A stretch of 64,000 bases of DNA from the human T2T-CHM13v2.0 reference genome, Homo sapiens, in the NCBI RefSeq assembly GCF_009914755.1, contig NC_060933.1; one strand, written 5' to 3'. Numbering within the stretch: the stretch's first letter is position 1; every line of letters starts with the position of its first letter. Positions 19,888-43,405 of the stretch are shown in pieces. Under the pieces are notes generated by a model. That model was not told where the DNA came from. It was given only the letters and a program-made list of their open reading frames with translations, and did no database searches. The translations under genes and the position numbers were made by a program.

Positions 19888-20027
19888 GTAGCCAAGAGTG
19901 GTGGCTCACACCGGTAATCCCAGCACTTTGGGAAGCTGAGGCAAGAGGGCAGCTTGAAACCAACAGTTCCAGACCAGCCTGGGCAACATAGCAAGACATA
20001 TCTCTGTTCATTAAAAAAGAAAAAAAG
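19888..20027 (+). mobile_element. Alu monomer (FLAM-like)
   Basis: Left arm plus A tail. Confidence 0.8.
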
Positions 20028-20047
20028 AAGTAGAAAATGAGTGATAA

Positions 20048-20483
<436 letters not shown>

Positions 20484-20724
20484 CTATGGAAGGTTTTTAT
20501 ACTATGTAGGAAGTGATGTATCACTAAAAGATAGACTATGATAAGTATACTAGATGTATAGTATAAACCCTATAAAAATCACTAAAGCAAAATGGAGTTC
20601 TAGCTAATAAGGAGCTACGCCAACGAGAAGATGAAATGGAAACAGGAAGAAATATTCATTAATCTAAGAGAAGGAAGAAAAGGAGGAAGAAGAGAATAAA
20701 AAATGAGACATATAGAAAATAAAT

Positions 20725-21427
<703 letters not shown>

Positions 21428-22171
21428 CTATATATTTTAAAAAAAAAAGCAGACACAATACATGTTGCCTACAAGAAATGTGCTTTAAATATAAAGATAG
21501 AAATAGGCTAAAAGTAAAAGAATAGAAAAAATACATCATGCTGATACTAATCAAGTCAACTATGGAACTAAACTAAAATCAGTAAAAACCTTTAGAAACC
21601 CCTCAAATATTTGGAAAGTAAATAACAAGCTTCTAAATAACCCATGGATCAAAGAAAAATCAAAAGGGAAATCAGAAGGTATTTCTAACTGAATGAAAAC
21701 ACAACATATCAGAATTAGCAGGATATCACCAAAATAGTATTTAGGGGGAAATTTACAGCAATAAATGTCCACAGTAGAACGGAAATCTTTCAAACCAATG
21801 ACCTTAGCTTTCAATGTAAAAAATAAGAAAAAAAGAGCACATGAAACTCAAAAGTAAGCACAAGTCAGGAAATAATAAAAATCAAAATAGAAATCAAAGA
21901 AACATGCAAAATCATAGGAAAATCAATGAAACCAAAAGCTTGTTCTTTGAGGATATCAGTAGAACTGATAAACTTTCAACCAGGCTGATTGAGAAAAAAA
22001 AACAAAACACTAATTCCCAATATTAGGAATGGAAAAGTAACGTCACTATAAATGCTAGACAGTAAAAAGATAAAAGAATACTTCAACAACTTTATGCCTA
22101 TAAATTGGACAACATAGAAGAAATGAACAAATGCCTTGAAAGACATTAGCTTCCTAACATTTTCACAGGAA

Positions 22172-22938
22172 AGTATTTGTTTCCTACTGCTGCTGTAACC
22201 AATTACCACTAACCTCACTGCTTAAAAACAACATGAACTTATTATTGTATTACAGGCTAGAGATCAGAAATCCAAAACCAGTTTCAATGGGCTAAAACCA
22301 AGGTGTAAGAAGAAATGGTTTTTGGCATGTTCTCACTCATAAGTGGCAGTTGAACAATAAGAAATCATGGATACAGGGAGGGGAACATCACACACTGAGG
22401 CCTGTTCGGGGGTGGGGGGCTAGGGGAGGGATAGCATTAGGAGAAATACCTAATGTAGGTGACGGGTTGATGGGTGTAACAAACCACCATGGCACGTGTA
22501 TACTTATGTAACAAAACTGCACATTCTGTACATGTAACCCAGAACTCAAAGTATAATAAAAAATAATAATAATTTTAAAAAAAGAAGAAGAAATGGTTTT
22601 TCTAGAGGCTCTGAGGGAGAATCCATTTCCTTGCCTTTTCCAGTTTCTAGAGGTCACCTGTATTCATTGGCTCATGGCCTCTTTTTTACATCACCCTAAC
22701 CTTTTGCTTCCATCATCACATCTCCTACTACTGACTCTGATCCTCTTGCCTTCCCCTTAATAAAGACCCTTATGATTACACTGGGCCCACACAGATAATC
22801 TAGGATCATCTCTCTACATCAAGATGCTCAATTTATTTATATCTACACAGTCCCTTTTACCAAGTAATGTAACATATTCACTGGTTCCAGGGATTAAGGC
22901 ATGGACATCTCCTAAGGGACCATTATTCAGCCTACCAT
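22172..22938 (-). mobile_element. MLT1 (MaLR) solo LTR split by an L1PA 3' end
   Basis: gtatttgtttcctactgctgctgtaaccaattaccac...ccattattcagcctacca. Confidence 0.8.
22324..22585 (+). mobile_element. 5'-truncated L1PA 3' end
   Basis: gcatgttctcactcataagtg...aaagtataataaaa; TSD aagaagaaatggttttt. Confidence 0.92.
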
Positions 22939-22985
22939 AGACACAAATTACCAAAACTCACTCAATAAGAAATAGAAAAACCTGA

Positions 22986-23388
<403 letters not shown>

Positions 23389-25171
23389 TGATGAATATTA
23401 CCAAACATACAAAGAAATAATACCAATTATATACAAACTCTTCCAAAAAACTGAAAAGGAGGAAATACTTCCTGATTCCAAAATTCTATGTGGCTAGTAC
23501 CTAATACCAAAACCAGATAAAAATATTACAATATGCTTCATGAACATAGATGCAGAAGTTCTAAACAACCCTTTAGCAAATCAAATCCAAAAATATATGA
23601 AAAGGATAATAACAATATATCATGACCAAGTAAGATCAATCACAGGAATGCAAAGTTGGTTTAATATTTGAACATCATTCAATATAATTCACCTATTAAT
23701 AAACTAAAAGAGAAAAACTTTGCAACCATCTCAACAGACAGAAAAAGTATTTCACAAAATCAGACATTCATACTGGATAAAAAATTCTCAGCATACTAGA
23801 ATATAAGAGAATTTTTTCAACCTGATAAAAAGCATTTAAGAAACCCACAGTTAACAAAATGTTTAAAGGTAAAAGAATGCTTTTCTCCTACAACCAGAAA
23901 ACAAGATAAGGATATCCACTGTCACCATTTTTTTAGTGATACCTACTAAATGAGTTCATCCTCCAATGTCATTCAGCTGCTCAATAAAGGTTATCCAGGG
24001 TAAGGACTTTGTCTCTTGGATGTGATGGAAAAATTTAAAGCAAGGTAAAGACATCTCAGATATCAGCAAGAACGTGTAATAATGGACAACAGATTCTATA
24101 CTGTTGTATAGAAGAGGAGGAGGAAGAGATGAATGAGAGAAAACAAAAGTTAACAGATTAGAGCTCTGGGTGAGGTAGAACTCTTAGAGAACAGATATTT
24201 GAGCAAGTGAGCTAGAAAGATAACAGATTATAGTTGGAGAATGAAAAGAATAAATTAGTATTTTGAAATTAGAGTTTTTCTAATGATAAGATTTAGGGCA
24301 TGACCATAATGGTAAAGAGTGAAGTGCAGAGAAAATTTCTACTTCTTAATATTTTACTAGACGTGCTTCTTTGATTTAAATTGCCACCTACTGCCATGGG
24401 TCTTTAAATCTGCCAATCTAATCTATCTAATTAGAATCTTTGTTTAAATTCAGCAATTCTGAATATTCTACCAACCCTCAAGCCACCCTTGACTCTTCAA
24501 GTCCCTATCACACAATAAACACCTGTTTATGAGTACCTTATTTTCTAATTCTATACACCTCAAAATTTAACACTTCACTATATACTGGTTAAGTCGCCAT
24601 ACTGCATTTGTTCAGATATTCTTTATCAGTTTACAGGCTTTGTGTAAAAAGAGAATAGGGCTCTTTTTTTTAGAACATATTCTACACTCATTTTCTTCAA
24701 TACACTGTATTAAGTGTTATACTCATGTTTCTTTTCTACTCTCACAGATTTAGTACCAAGCTAGGTAAAAGTATTTCATAATTGAGAAATAAATCAAAAA
24801 GAGGAAAAGAAAAAAAGGAAGAAATCAAAGACAGTATCTACAGAAGCTTCTAGAGACATGAAAGTATACAAAAGATTTTCTGTGAAAATTGGTGAGCTCT
24901 CATCAAATTTGAAGAAAGAAAAAAATTCAAAACAAAGCCTGGAAGTATTATTTCTCCCCCCTTTTCAGACCCTTAGAAGACATTCTTGTAAGTTCTCTAA
25001 CACAGTCTCAATATGCCATACTATAGGAAGGGAGCTTTGACCCTTTTCTATCTATCTCAATTTGCCTTATTGCATTCAGCTTTCTTCACAGAGCAGTATG
25101 ACAAGTTTTACTAGAAATTATAATTTCCTTTAGACGAAGACTATTTGCAGTGATTCCAAATTAGTTACCCT

Positions 25172-25203
25172 ACAACAACAACAACAACAACAACAAAAAA
25201 AAC
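25172..25203. repeat. (CAA)n microsatellite
   Basis: Direct reading. Confidence 0.9.
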
Positions 25204-25669
25204 AAATATCCAATAAAATATACTTCATGAGAAAAAAATTAAAAATGACCTTAGGAGCCAGAGGCTTTCAAACTAAAAGTAATTTCACATTTTTATGAAC
25301 AATGATCTAGTAATTTTAGATAGTTTAGCTAATCAATAGAAATAGCATTATTTGTTTGACCTGATGCAAAAAGTAAGGCATTTTTTAAAAAGATCCTTTT
25401 TAAAATACAAATAATGCCTAATTCCTTTCCTATAGAAATTACACAAGTACGTGACTAAAATCAAATTTGGTATGATGTATTACATGTTAATAACTGCAAA
25501 ACCTAGCAATTTAAGGAATAAATCTTATCTAAACAGTGTGTATACTATTCATTATATAACAGATTTAACGCATACCAATGAATGTAAAGTTATATACACG
25601 TAAACATAAGAACATTGCTACAAAGCAGAAACTTTCATTACCAGTATTAATACACTGTCAATTACCAAG

Positions 25670-25790
25670 CCAAATACCATTTAATCTTCACAGCCTTATA
25701 ATAACAGCATTATCATTAAAGTAATTGTTCAGATGAGAAAACTGAGGCTTCACAAAGTTACACAATTTGCTCATCACTGTATAGCCAAGA
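25670..25790. mobile_element. MIR
   Basis: cagatgagaaaactgaggctt...aagttacacaatttgctc core. Confidence 0.75.
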
Positions 25791-25901
25791 CAATTTCAAT
25801 ATACAATCAGAATTGTCTTTCAACTGAAAGAAATAAAACCAACATTAAGACAATTTCTTGATATTTAAGAACTTTAACAGAGATGATACAGTGTGCTTTA
25901 A

Positions 25902-26835
<934 letters not shown>

Positions 26836-26996
26836 TTTTAACTGAAAAGTTAAACATTAATAAACATTTTTAATTACATAAATATAACATATTATACTTA
26901 AACACAAATAATACTTTGTCAAGTATTGAGTTTCAAGTAATTCTGTCATACATTATTTCTGTAACTTATGCATACTGATATTCAGAATTACAGTAC

Positions 26997-27028
26997 CTTT
27001 TTTCTGGTATCACTTTTAACTTGCTCAT
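26997..27028 (-). CDS. AGTPBP1: AGTPBP1 exon 2 coding part (MSKLKVIPEK-S); the whole exon is 26997-27061 and includes 33 nt of 5' UTR
   Basis: Acceptor ttttcttttag|ATTATC at 27062/27061, ATG at 27028 in AAGATGA context, donor AAG|GTACTG at 26997/26996; matches the recalled CCP1 N-terminus. Confidence 0.95.
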
Positions 27029-27743
27029 CTTGAGTTACTTCATTTCATAATTGCAGATAATCTAAAAGAAAAATGTTAATGATATTAAAAACTTATAACT
27101 CTTTTTTCTATATATTAGATATCACAGAAGCCATACAATGGAAAGTTTTCATTATGGGCAACACAAGATAACACCGGAAACAAAAAGAGAACATTTGAGT
27201 TCTATGTGCTTCTACTGGGTCGCTTCAGAATGCAATGTATGACTATAAAAATACCTATAATCAGCCAGGAAACTTATCAAAATCCGGAGCTACAAAAACG
27301 CAGAAACCTAACATAATGTCATTTGCAACCTAATGTTAAGATCTTTTGAGACAGTTCAAATTATGCTTTCTGTTCTAATACTCCTCCTTAAAATACATAA
27401 ACCAATCACAGCATCCTGTGATTAGTGCACTTACTGTACACCATTCACACAGTAGTCAAATACTAGTCAATATGTGTTATTTCCATATAAGAACATTTTC
27501 AAATTAGTAAAAGCTTCTATGCACATCTTCCCTCAAACAATAGTTTTCATTTTTAGACATTATATATGTTTAAACAACCTTAAATCTCGATTCACACAAT
27601 TTTTATAAATCTTCAAGTTTATTTTGCAACTATTAACCCTAAAATACTCTAAATATCTTTTAAATACCAATGCTTACTGTAGCAGAATTTTTTGGCATCA
27701 CCAAAAAGTAGAATAACTACTGTGAATTCAAAAAGTTAATCAT

Positions 27744-28083
<340 letters not shown>

Positions 28084-28699
28084 TTAGTAATGTCATATTT
28101 AAAGAGACAACAAACACACAAAAAGGGCAAACTTCAAATTGTTTAACTTAATACATTTGGAAGATACTCTGATGAAGTAGAAGATATTCTGGATGTTTGT
28201 CTTCAATAACAGAACTTTTCAACACGACATACATAATTTTTTTTCATTTTCCTTAACTAAGAAAAGGAAATATTTAGAATTGTGTACAAAAATTACATGA
28301 ATTGTTTTTAAAGTCAATGAGAAATTTTAAATTGTAATTTTTTTTACTCTTTTTTAAGACACAACTACAAAATCAAAGTAACTTTTTTCTATTTCTAAAT
28401 TAAGTAAAAATCACTATATATCCACAGGGAGAAAAAAATCTTACGTGATTTCAAAAGCACTGTTGCTGCCACAAACAGAAGAAACTATTAATACACTAAC
28501 AGCACATCTCATGAAAAGTTCCCTGTGGATTTTACTAGAGTTGATAGAGTTGAAAAGAATAATGGTGAGCACTAATATCATAGCCAACTGTATTTCAACA
28601 GATAAGAAATGATTTGAACTTGCAGTTCACAGTAAAATAAACCACAGGCATTTCTCTCCTCTTACTCTTGGGACTAGATTACAGTAAAAGTAAAGAAAT

Positions 28700-29352
28700 A
28701 AAGTTGGTTCCTCTCAAGTCCTCTGGCGTTACCAAAGTGAACAGATCCAGGAGCTGAAGAGGGTCCATAGGTGGGAAGTGAAGTCAGTGCCTCAGTTGCC
28801 AGTGTGTGTTTTGTGCCTTATCCTTTAATCACGCAAAAAAGGAGAATACTGCAGTGAATGAAGTGCATTTTAGCACTGCTTTTTCTACTGTAATTGGTGT
28901 TTGAATGAGGATAACAATGGAAGAGATGAAGAATGAAGCTGAGGCCATTTCCACGTTTTATATGCCCTTCTATGCAGTCATGTATCCTGTGTGTAATGAG
29001 CTAGAAGGAGTAAATCTGCCTGCAGCTCTAGAATGAGTAAATCTGTCTGCAGCTAGACACCAAGACCATTTTCATTATGGTTGAAAAAGACAATTGTAAA
29101 ATGTAGCTTCATCATAATCTCACACTGAAGATTTTTTGCATCATTTTTGCTATTATCATTCTAAGAATTACAAATCAAAAGAATCTACACCTTAATGTGT
29201 CATTATATAGCATTCCTTAAAATAATTATAGATATTGGTATTGTTTCTGGCATTTTAACTTGAAAGTGATATGCTGCAAGATAACATATTTAAGAATATT
29301 TGATGGCAAAAATTCAATATATGGTATATATCTGTTAAACATCTCTTGAAAA
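28700..29352 (+). pseudogene. PDCD10 (CCM3) processed pseudogene, internally deleted
   Basis: ATG 28905 gives [41 protein letters not shown], versus PDCD10 [41 protein letters not shown]; intronless; flanked by sequence resembling the recalled PDCD10 5' and 3' UTRs, ending in a short A tract. Confidence 0.9.
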
Positions 29353-29459
29353 AATGAATATATATGTGTGTATATATGATCAGAATATCAAGACAACGTG
29401 GTGTAATGCCTAAAAAACTTCTAACAGGAGCTTATAATAGCAGCTTATCAAAAATAAAG

Positions 29460-29765
29460 GGCCGGGCACAGTAGCTCACACCTGTAATCCCAGCACTTCG
29501 GGAGGCCAAGGCGGGCGGATGACCCGAGGTTGGGAGTTCAGGACCAGCCTAGTAAACATGGTGAAACTCCATCTCTATCAAAAATACAAAAATTAGCCTG
29601 GCCTGGTGGTGCAAGCCTGTAATCCCAGCTACTCAGGAGGCTGAGGCAGGAGAATCACTTGAACTGGGAGGCGGAGGTTGCTGTGAGCTGAGATCGCACC
29701 ACTGCACTCCAGCCCGGGTGACAGAGCGAGACTCTGTCTCAAAAAAAAAAAGAAAAAAAGAAATA
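29460..29765 (+). mobile_element. Alu
   Basis: Alu consensus. Confidence 0.95.
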
Positions 29766-30399
29766 AAGCAAACAAGAATTCTGAAGAAGGGAGGGAGGAA
29801 AGAAGGAAGGTTGGTTATGTTTAAACCTAGTGACAAAAAGGAAAACTAAGAGGGAAGAAGGAACAGGTATTATGCTAAGAAGAACTCAGGAAACTAGGAA
29901 CCTAGCACTCAGAAACAAGGACGACAGAGGAAGACTACAAAACAGGGCTAACTAAAACTTTGGAACTGCAAATAGTAACTTCTTACCTCCTCCATATCTC
30001 CATGCCCTACCACTGTGGAACATGCTCAGCAGTATCAAGCATCTAACCCCTGGCAAATAATCTTCACTAAAGGAACAGACAACCTCAAAGAATTCTGCTT
30101 TCTAGGCTTAAGAGTCCCCCAGGAAAAAGGTCAGTTCTCAACCCTGTTATCCTAAAGTAGGCCAGTGTATCCCTTACAGTTCACTTTTTATTACTGAAGC
30201 CTGAAGCCAGAACATAATGAAAAATCTTGCGAAAGCTTGTGTTGATTACAATATGGTGTAACAGAAAGTGCAGGCACCTAGAAGCAGAAGTGTTGCATTT
30301 CACCAAGTTTGTGGCTTTGCCAAGCAAGTGTGATAAAGCAAGAGGGCAGAGGAACTGAGAATGTATGAAAAAAAGTGATAAAAACTGAGCTCGAAATTT

Positions 30400-31695
30400 A
30401 GGTATAATCTCCTCTTTCCTCTTTACTGAATCATTTTCATCACCATAAAATCATGATATTTCTGTGTCTTAGGAAAAAAACTTTCTCGCTCCCAATTCAG
30501 CTACTGTCCCATTTCTCTCCTTCTGAAAGCAAAGACTTGTTTATGCACACTGTCAACAAGTCCTCCCTTCCAATCCTCTCTTAAACACATTCCAATGAGA
30601 CTTTCCCCACCCCACTCCACCAACACCATTCTTATCAACAACTAATGATCCCCATGTTACTAAATCCAATTGTCAATTCTCAGTCCTCATCTTATTTGTC
30701 CTATCAGCAGCATTTGATACAGCTGACCACATCCTCTTCTTGGAAATGCTTTCTTCATTTGGCTATATACTTTGCTTTCTCCCAACCTCACTGACCACTT
30801 CTAAGTTTCCTTTAACGGAATGCCCAGGGCTTAGTCCTTTCTTGTCCTCTTCTAACTACAGTCTCTTCCTTGGTGATCTCATCTAGTCTTGTAATTACTC
30901 AACATTTCCACTTGAATCTCTAATAATATTACCAACTCGACATATGCAAAACGGATCTGACCTTCCCTTCCAAGTGTGCTCTACTCTGGCTTTCCCATCT
31001 AAGTTAAAGACAATTCTATGCCTCCAGTTGCTCAATTCAAAACCTTAGCTTCATCCTTGTCTCCTGTCCCACATCCAATACATCAGAAAGTCTTGATAAT
31101 TCTACTTTTAAAATATATCCAGAATCTGATCACTTTACCACATCTACCACGGTCAAGTAAACAATGTCACTAGTCTCCCTTCTACCTCTGATGCCCCCTA
31201 CAGTCTATTCTCAACACAACATGCTTAGTGATCCTTTTAATACACTGGGGGACAGAAGAAGGAAAAAACACCTTAAGTAGATTTTTGTCACTACTCTGCT
31301 CAAAGCCCTGTGCGGCTGCCAATTTCAATGACATAAAAGACCCTAGAGGAATACCCCCAGTCCTTACCTCCCTGTCTTCATATCCTACCTACAACTTTTC
31401 TCAGTCACTCTGCTCTGGATGCACTGGCTGGGCCTCCATGTTTTCCTCCAACATGCCAGGCTCTCACTTTAGTGCCTTTGCATAAGCTGTTTCTTTTGCC
31501 TGGAATGTGCTTCTGCCAGATATCCCAATAACTAACTCCACCACTTCCATTGCTCAAGTATCACCTTTTCAATACAACCCATCCCAACCAACCTATTTAA
31601 TATTGCAAACTACCTCCAGACCCTAGCATACCCATTGCCCTTGCCGGAATCTACTTTGTCTTCTTCCAAAGCACTTACTGCCTTCTAAAACATGA
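30400..31695 (+). mobile_element. L2 (long fragment)
   Basis: aaatccaattgtcaattctcagtcctcatctt...cagcagcatttgatacagctgacc, tgcctggaatgtgctt. Confidence 0.75.
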
Positions 31696-31716
31696 TGATT
31701 CAAAAATAACTGAACA

Positions 31717-32018
31717 GGCTGGGTGCAGTGACTCACGCCTGCAATCCCAACACTTTGGGAGGCCCAGGTGGGAGGACTGCTTGAGCCCAGGAGTTCAAGA
31801 CCAGCCTGGGCAATATAGCAAGAGCCCTTCTCTAAAAAATAAAAAAATTAACTAGGTATGGTGGCATACACCCGTAGTCCCAGCTACTCAGGAAACTGAG
31901 GTGTGACAACCACTTGAGCACGGGAGGTTAATGCTGCAGTGAGCTGTGTTCACACCACTGCGCTTCAGCCTGGGTGACAGAGCAAGACGCTGTCTCAAAA
32001 AATAAATAAAATAAAAAT
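31717..32018 (+). mobile_element. AluJ-like
   Basis: TSD aaaaataactgaaca. Confidence 0.93.
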
Positions 32019-32171
32019 AACTGAACATTTTTGCTATGGTCTGAATGTTCGTGTGCCTCCCAAAATCCTTATGTTGAAAAGCTAACCCCCAAGTGACAAT
32101 ATGAGAAGTTAGGGCCTTTTGGAGATAATTAGGTCATAAGGGTGGAGGCTTCATGAATGGGATGAGTATCC

Positions 32172-38322
<6,151 letters not shown>

Positions 38323-38499
38323 GGGTTGACTGTCCTTCTAAAAGAAACCCTAGAGAAAAAGCTCTTCCCTCCCACCATGTGAGCACACAATGAAAAGGCA
38401 CCATCTATGAACCATGAAACAGATCCTCACCAGATATGAATCTGCCAGCATCTTGATCTTAAACTTTCCAGCCACCAGAACTGTTAGAAATAAACATCT

Positions 38500-38805
38500 G
38501 GCCGGGTACGGTGGCTCATGCCTATAATCCTAGCACTTTGGGAGGCCGAGGAAGGTGGATCACTTGAGGTCAGGAGTTCAAAACCAGCCTGGCCAAGATG
38601 GAGAAACCCGAACTCTACTATAAATACAAAAATTAGCCGGGTGTGGTGGTGAGTACTTGTAATCCAAGCTACTCAGGAGGCTGAGGCAGAAGAATCACTT
38701 GAACCTGGGAGGCAGGGGTTACAGTGAGCCAAGATCACACCATTGCACTCCAGCCTGTGCAACAGAGTGAGACTTTGTCTCAAAAAAAAAAAAAAAAAAA
38801 GAAAG
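38500..38805 (+). mobile_element. Alu
   Basis: TSD agaaataaacatctg. Confidence 0.95.
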
Positions 38806-40122
38806 AAATAAACATCTGTTCTTTATAAGCTACCTACTCTATGGTATTTTGCTGTAGTAGTGCAAATAGACTAAGACAACTTTGAAAATTATCATTACTG
38901 AATAACCAGTTATATACAAACCTGTGTCAAAACCAGTTTTTGAGAGAACAATCAGTTTATTTCTATAAACTTACAAATGCTCAATATATGCCACATCATA
39001 ACACATACATTAATGCCACAATCTACTTTATCCTAGACCCTTAGCCATTTATCACCATTGTTTACTACAAAAGCAACCAAAATAGATTATTTCCTCAAGG
39101 TTGTGGGGAAAACCATATCCGCATAAATACTCACATGGTATAATATCTAAGACTTCACTGGCCACTACTTGATTCTTTTTATTCACACAATAACACAGAC
39201 AACTAATTTAACAATGTGTTATGCCTATTATCTATCTCTTTCCACTGGAATTAAAGCTCCATGAGGGCATGGATCTTTGTTTTGCTTACTAAATGCCTCC
39301 CAAGTATCTAGAAGAATGCCAGCACATTGCAGGTGCTAAATAAATTTTTTAATTAATGAATGCTTTTAAGTTTTCTTTTGAAAAAAAATTTTACTACACA
39401 AACAAGCAAGAAAGTCTTCATTTTTAAAAATCCAGTAATATGGCAGATACGGTATAATGGCACACAGTATCTATCCCAATTTCCCTCTACCGTGCCTTCC
39501 TATACCACAGGAACTTGGAAGTTTAAAAACCAAAAAGCATTTCCCAGACTCCCCTGCACCCTGCAGCTACACTTCCAGTTGTAACTTAAGTCTACCAAAT
39601 TCGTCACTTGTGAGAGATTTCGAAGATGAGCAAAAGCTGCCTGATTATAGAGGAAAGCATAGACACAGACATGTTCAGTTTTTCTACAACAATGTATGAA
39701 GAGGTCCCAGAGTGTAAGGCAGGGATTCTCAACCTGGAGTCCACAAGATATTGAAGATACTGCTTGAGTTCTTTGAGAGATCAGAAATTTAACAAAAAAA
39801 TTAAAAAAAAAATTTTTTTAACTTTTGTGCATCAAGCAATGGCAGTATTGACAGTAAATGAACAACCTCATTAACAATTGTGTTAGAAATTAGCCATGTG
39901 GTAGTGCACAGTAAAACCATGTTTATTGAGATACAGTTGTCCTTGATAACTGGTGGTTGCTACGCATAGGGGGAGGATGGTAGGGGGCTAATGAACATCA
40001 GCCTCTCCCTCTCAAATTACCTCCACAAACCTCCCCATAGGCACCGCCAACTACCTGATATAAGCAAAAAAGCTCTACAAGTGTAATGGAAAATTGGAGA
40101 GAAATTTTAATTCTGATGAAAA

Positions 40123-40834
<712 letters not shown>

Positions 40835-41484
40835 TTACAATGGAGTTATATCATGAAAATTTAGTTTTGTGATTTTTCTCAATTAGTTTTTTGCTATGGT
40901 CTTAAGTCTTATACATTAACATCTGTGTTTTACAAATGCCCGATAATCCGATGTGGTAATTTCTGAGGATGAAGTGTGAGAATAGGGCCAAAGGAAAATT
41001 CCAGTAAGGTTGGTAAAGAACTGTATCTAGTGAGTCATTTCATTGCACTAGTGCATCAAGAGACATAAAACAAGTCCCTCTTTACAATGCAAATAAGTAT
41101 CAATGGATGTATACATGGGCTGTACTAAGTTTTCCTATACCATTTTGTGTTGTCTGTGGAAAACAACTTTACAAATACAGCAATGGTTCCAGCAAAATTC
41201 AAAAGACACTTAAATACAAATTACATTCATTTGACAAGTTAAGTGTCAAATATACTGGAATCTCAAAACAAACAGAATAAAGATTTTGTTTTAAAAAAAA
41301 ATCAGTGAAAAGACTGAGGCAGCAAGTTACATAGTAGTAGAATTTATGGCCCAGAAAAGGGAAAGTCACACAATTGGTGGTGAGAATCTACTATAAGTAT
41401 AATAAAAAAGTGTAAAATTACACTGAGTAAAAGATCAGTAAAATGTTTATATGAGATACAGAAAGAGAAACTGAAAAAAGTTCT

Positions 41485-41884
<400 letters not shown>

Positions 41885-42228
41885 TCAAAAGCCCTAGGAA
41901 AGGAAATTTTTAAAGTTCTAATTGAAGCTCCAAAAAAGTATTAACTGTTATATAAAAACCTGCTCATTCAACAGTGTTTAAAGAACTGTGTAAAAACGTG
42001 GATGAAGAGGACATAAATCTACTACATACAGAAATACAGTGGCTTAGCAGAAGAATTCTCAACAGGTATCTAAGCTGAAAGACGAATTCCAGGAGTACTT
42101 TCACAAACACAGCAGACCAGATTTTGCCAAGTATTTTGAGAATGAAGAATGGCCCAATCTACAAACATTTGTTATCACATGAAGTAACTGAACAACTCTC
42201 TGCCAGGCCTTAGAGAAAATATTTTTAA

Positions 42229-42521
42229 GGCCAGTTGTGTTGATTCACACTTGTAATCCCAAGTGCTTTGAGGAGACCAAGGCAAGAGGATCACTTGAGG
42301 CCAGGAGTTCTGGACCAGCCTGGGTAACATAGTGATACCTCCATCTCTACAAAAAAATAAAAAAATTAAAAAAATTAGCTGGGCATGGTGGCATATGGCT
42401 GTAATCCCAGCTGCTTGGGAGGCTGAAGCAAGAGGAATCCCTGAGTCCAGGAGTTCAAGGTTGCAGTGAGCTATGACTGCATCACTATACTCAAGCAAGA
42501 CCGTGTCTCAAAATATATATT

Positions 42522-42575
<54 letters not shown>
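42229..42575 (+). mobile_element. AluJ-like with (TA)n(CA)n microsatellite tail
   Basis: Alu consensus; CA run about 42528-42573. Confidence 0.92.
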
Positions 42576-42576
<1 letters not shown>

Positions 42577-43405
42577 TTACTTCAAGTGACAAGATTCTTG
42601 GGAAAAAAAATCCTGTGATTAAAAAAAGGCAATCTTAAAACGTTTCCATTGTTTCTTGGGCTTGTGAGTAAGAATGTTTATCTGCAAATCTCAAGTCTTG
42701 CTGATATAGGAGAAAAATATTGAAAAGGAAAAGTAAATAGTATTTCCCTTTTCTTTTCAAATAAATGTAAGACTGAGGAAGGAACCCTTTCTCTGAATCT
42801 TGTGCTCAGGCTGAGAACTTAACTTTGAGGAGGAGGAATTTTGCTCTTCCTCCTCACTGATTATACACTTAAGATGAGATTTATGCTCTTGATTATACAC
42901 TCGAGATGAGATTTACTGATCTACCCCTAAAAAAGTTATGGATTTCCCTGAACCAGTAATGTCCTGCCAATCATAGGAAAGTAATGAACATTTAGCTGCA
43001 AGTTTTCAACTTCTTAAGTTTTTTCTTACTTAACAAGCACCTACAGCAAGGAGGAACTGTCTCATGTCAGATAAAAATGAAAACTGTGAATGCTTATTTC
43101 AAATTAAACAAAACAAAAACAGGTTTCATGTGAACAAGATGAACTTCTTTTAGTTTTAAAAGGCAATTTTATTGTATATGTTAAAGCCTACAAAAGATGA
43201 AAAAAATCAAAACACATACAAATATTTTGTTAACTTGTGGACTTATATTTCAGCCTCACCTTGCCAATCAGAAAAAAAAAAAAAGTTGGCTTATTTCAAA
43301 ATCTTACATAAATTATGACTTGGACTATATTTTTATTAGTATTACCTTGGCTTATGGTTTTTAATAGCTTTGCTATTTGATATTGTCAATAATTTTCATG
43401 GTATA

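Noticed and set aside
42859-42920. 32-bp two-copy duplication; similar short duplications at about 3470-3520, 7439-7480 and 32704-32722
   Set aside because: Isolated slippage events with no sign of function
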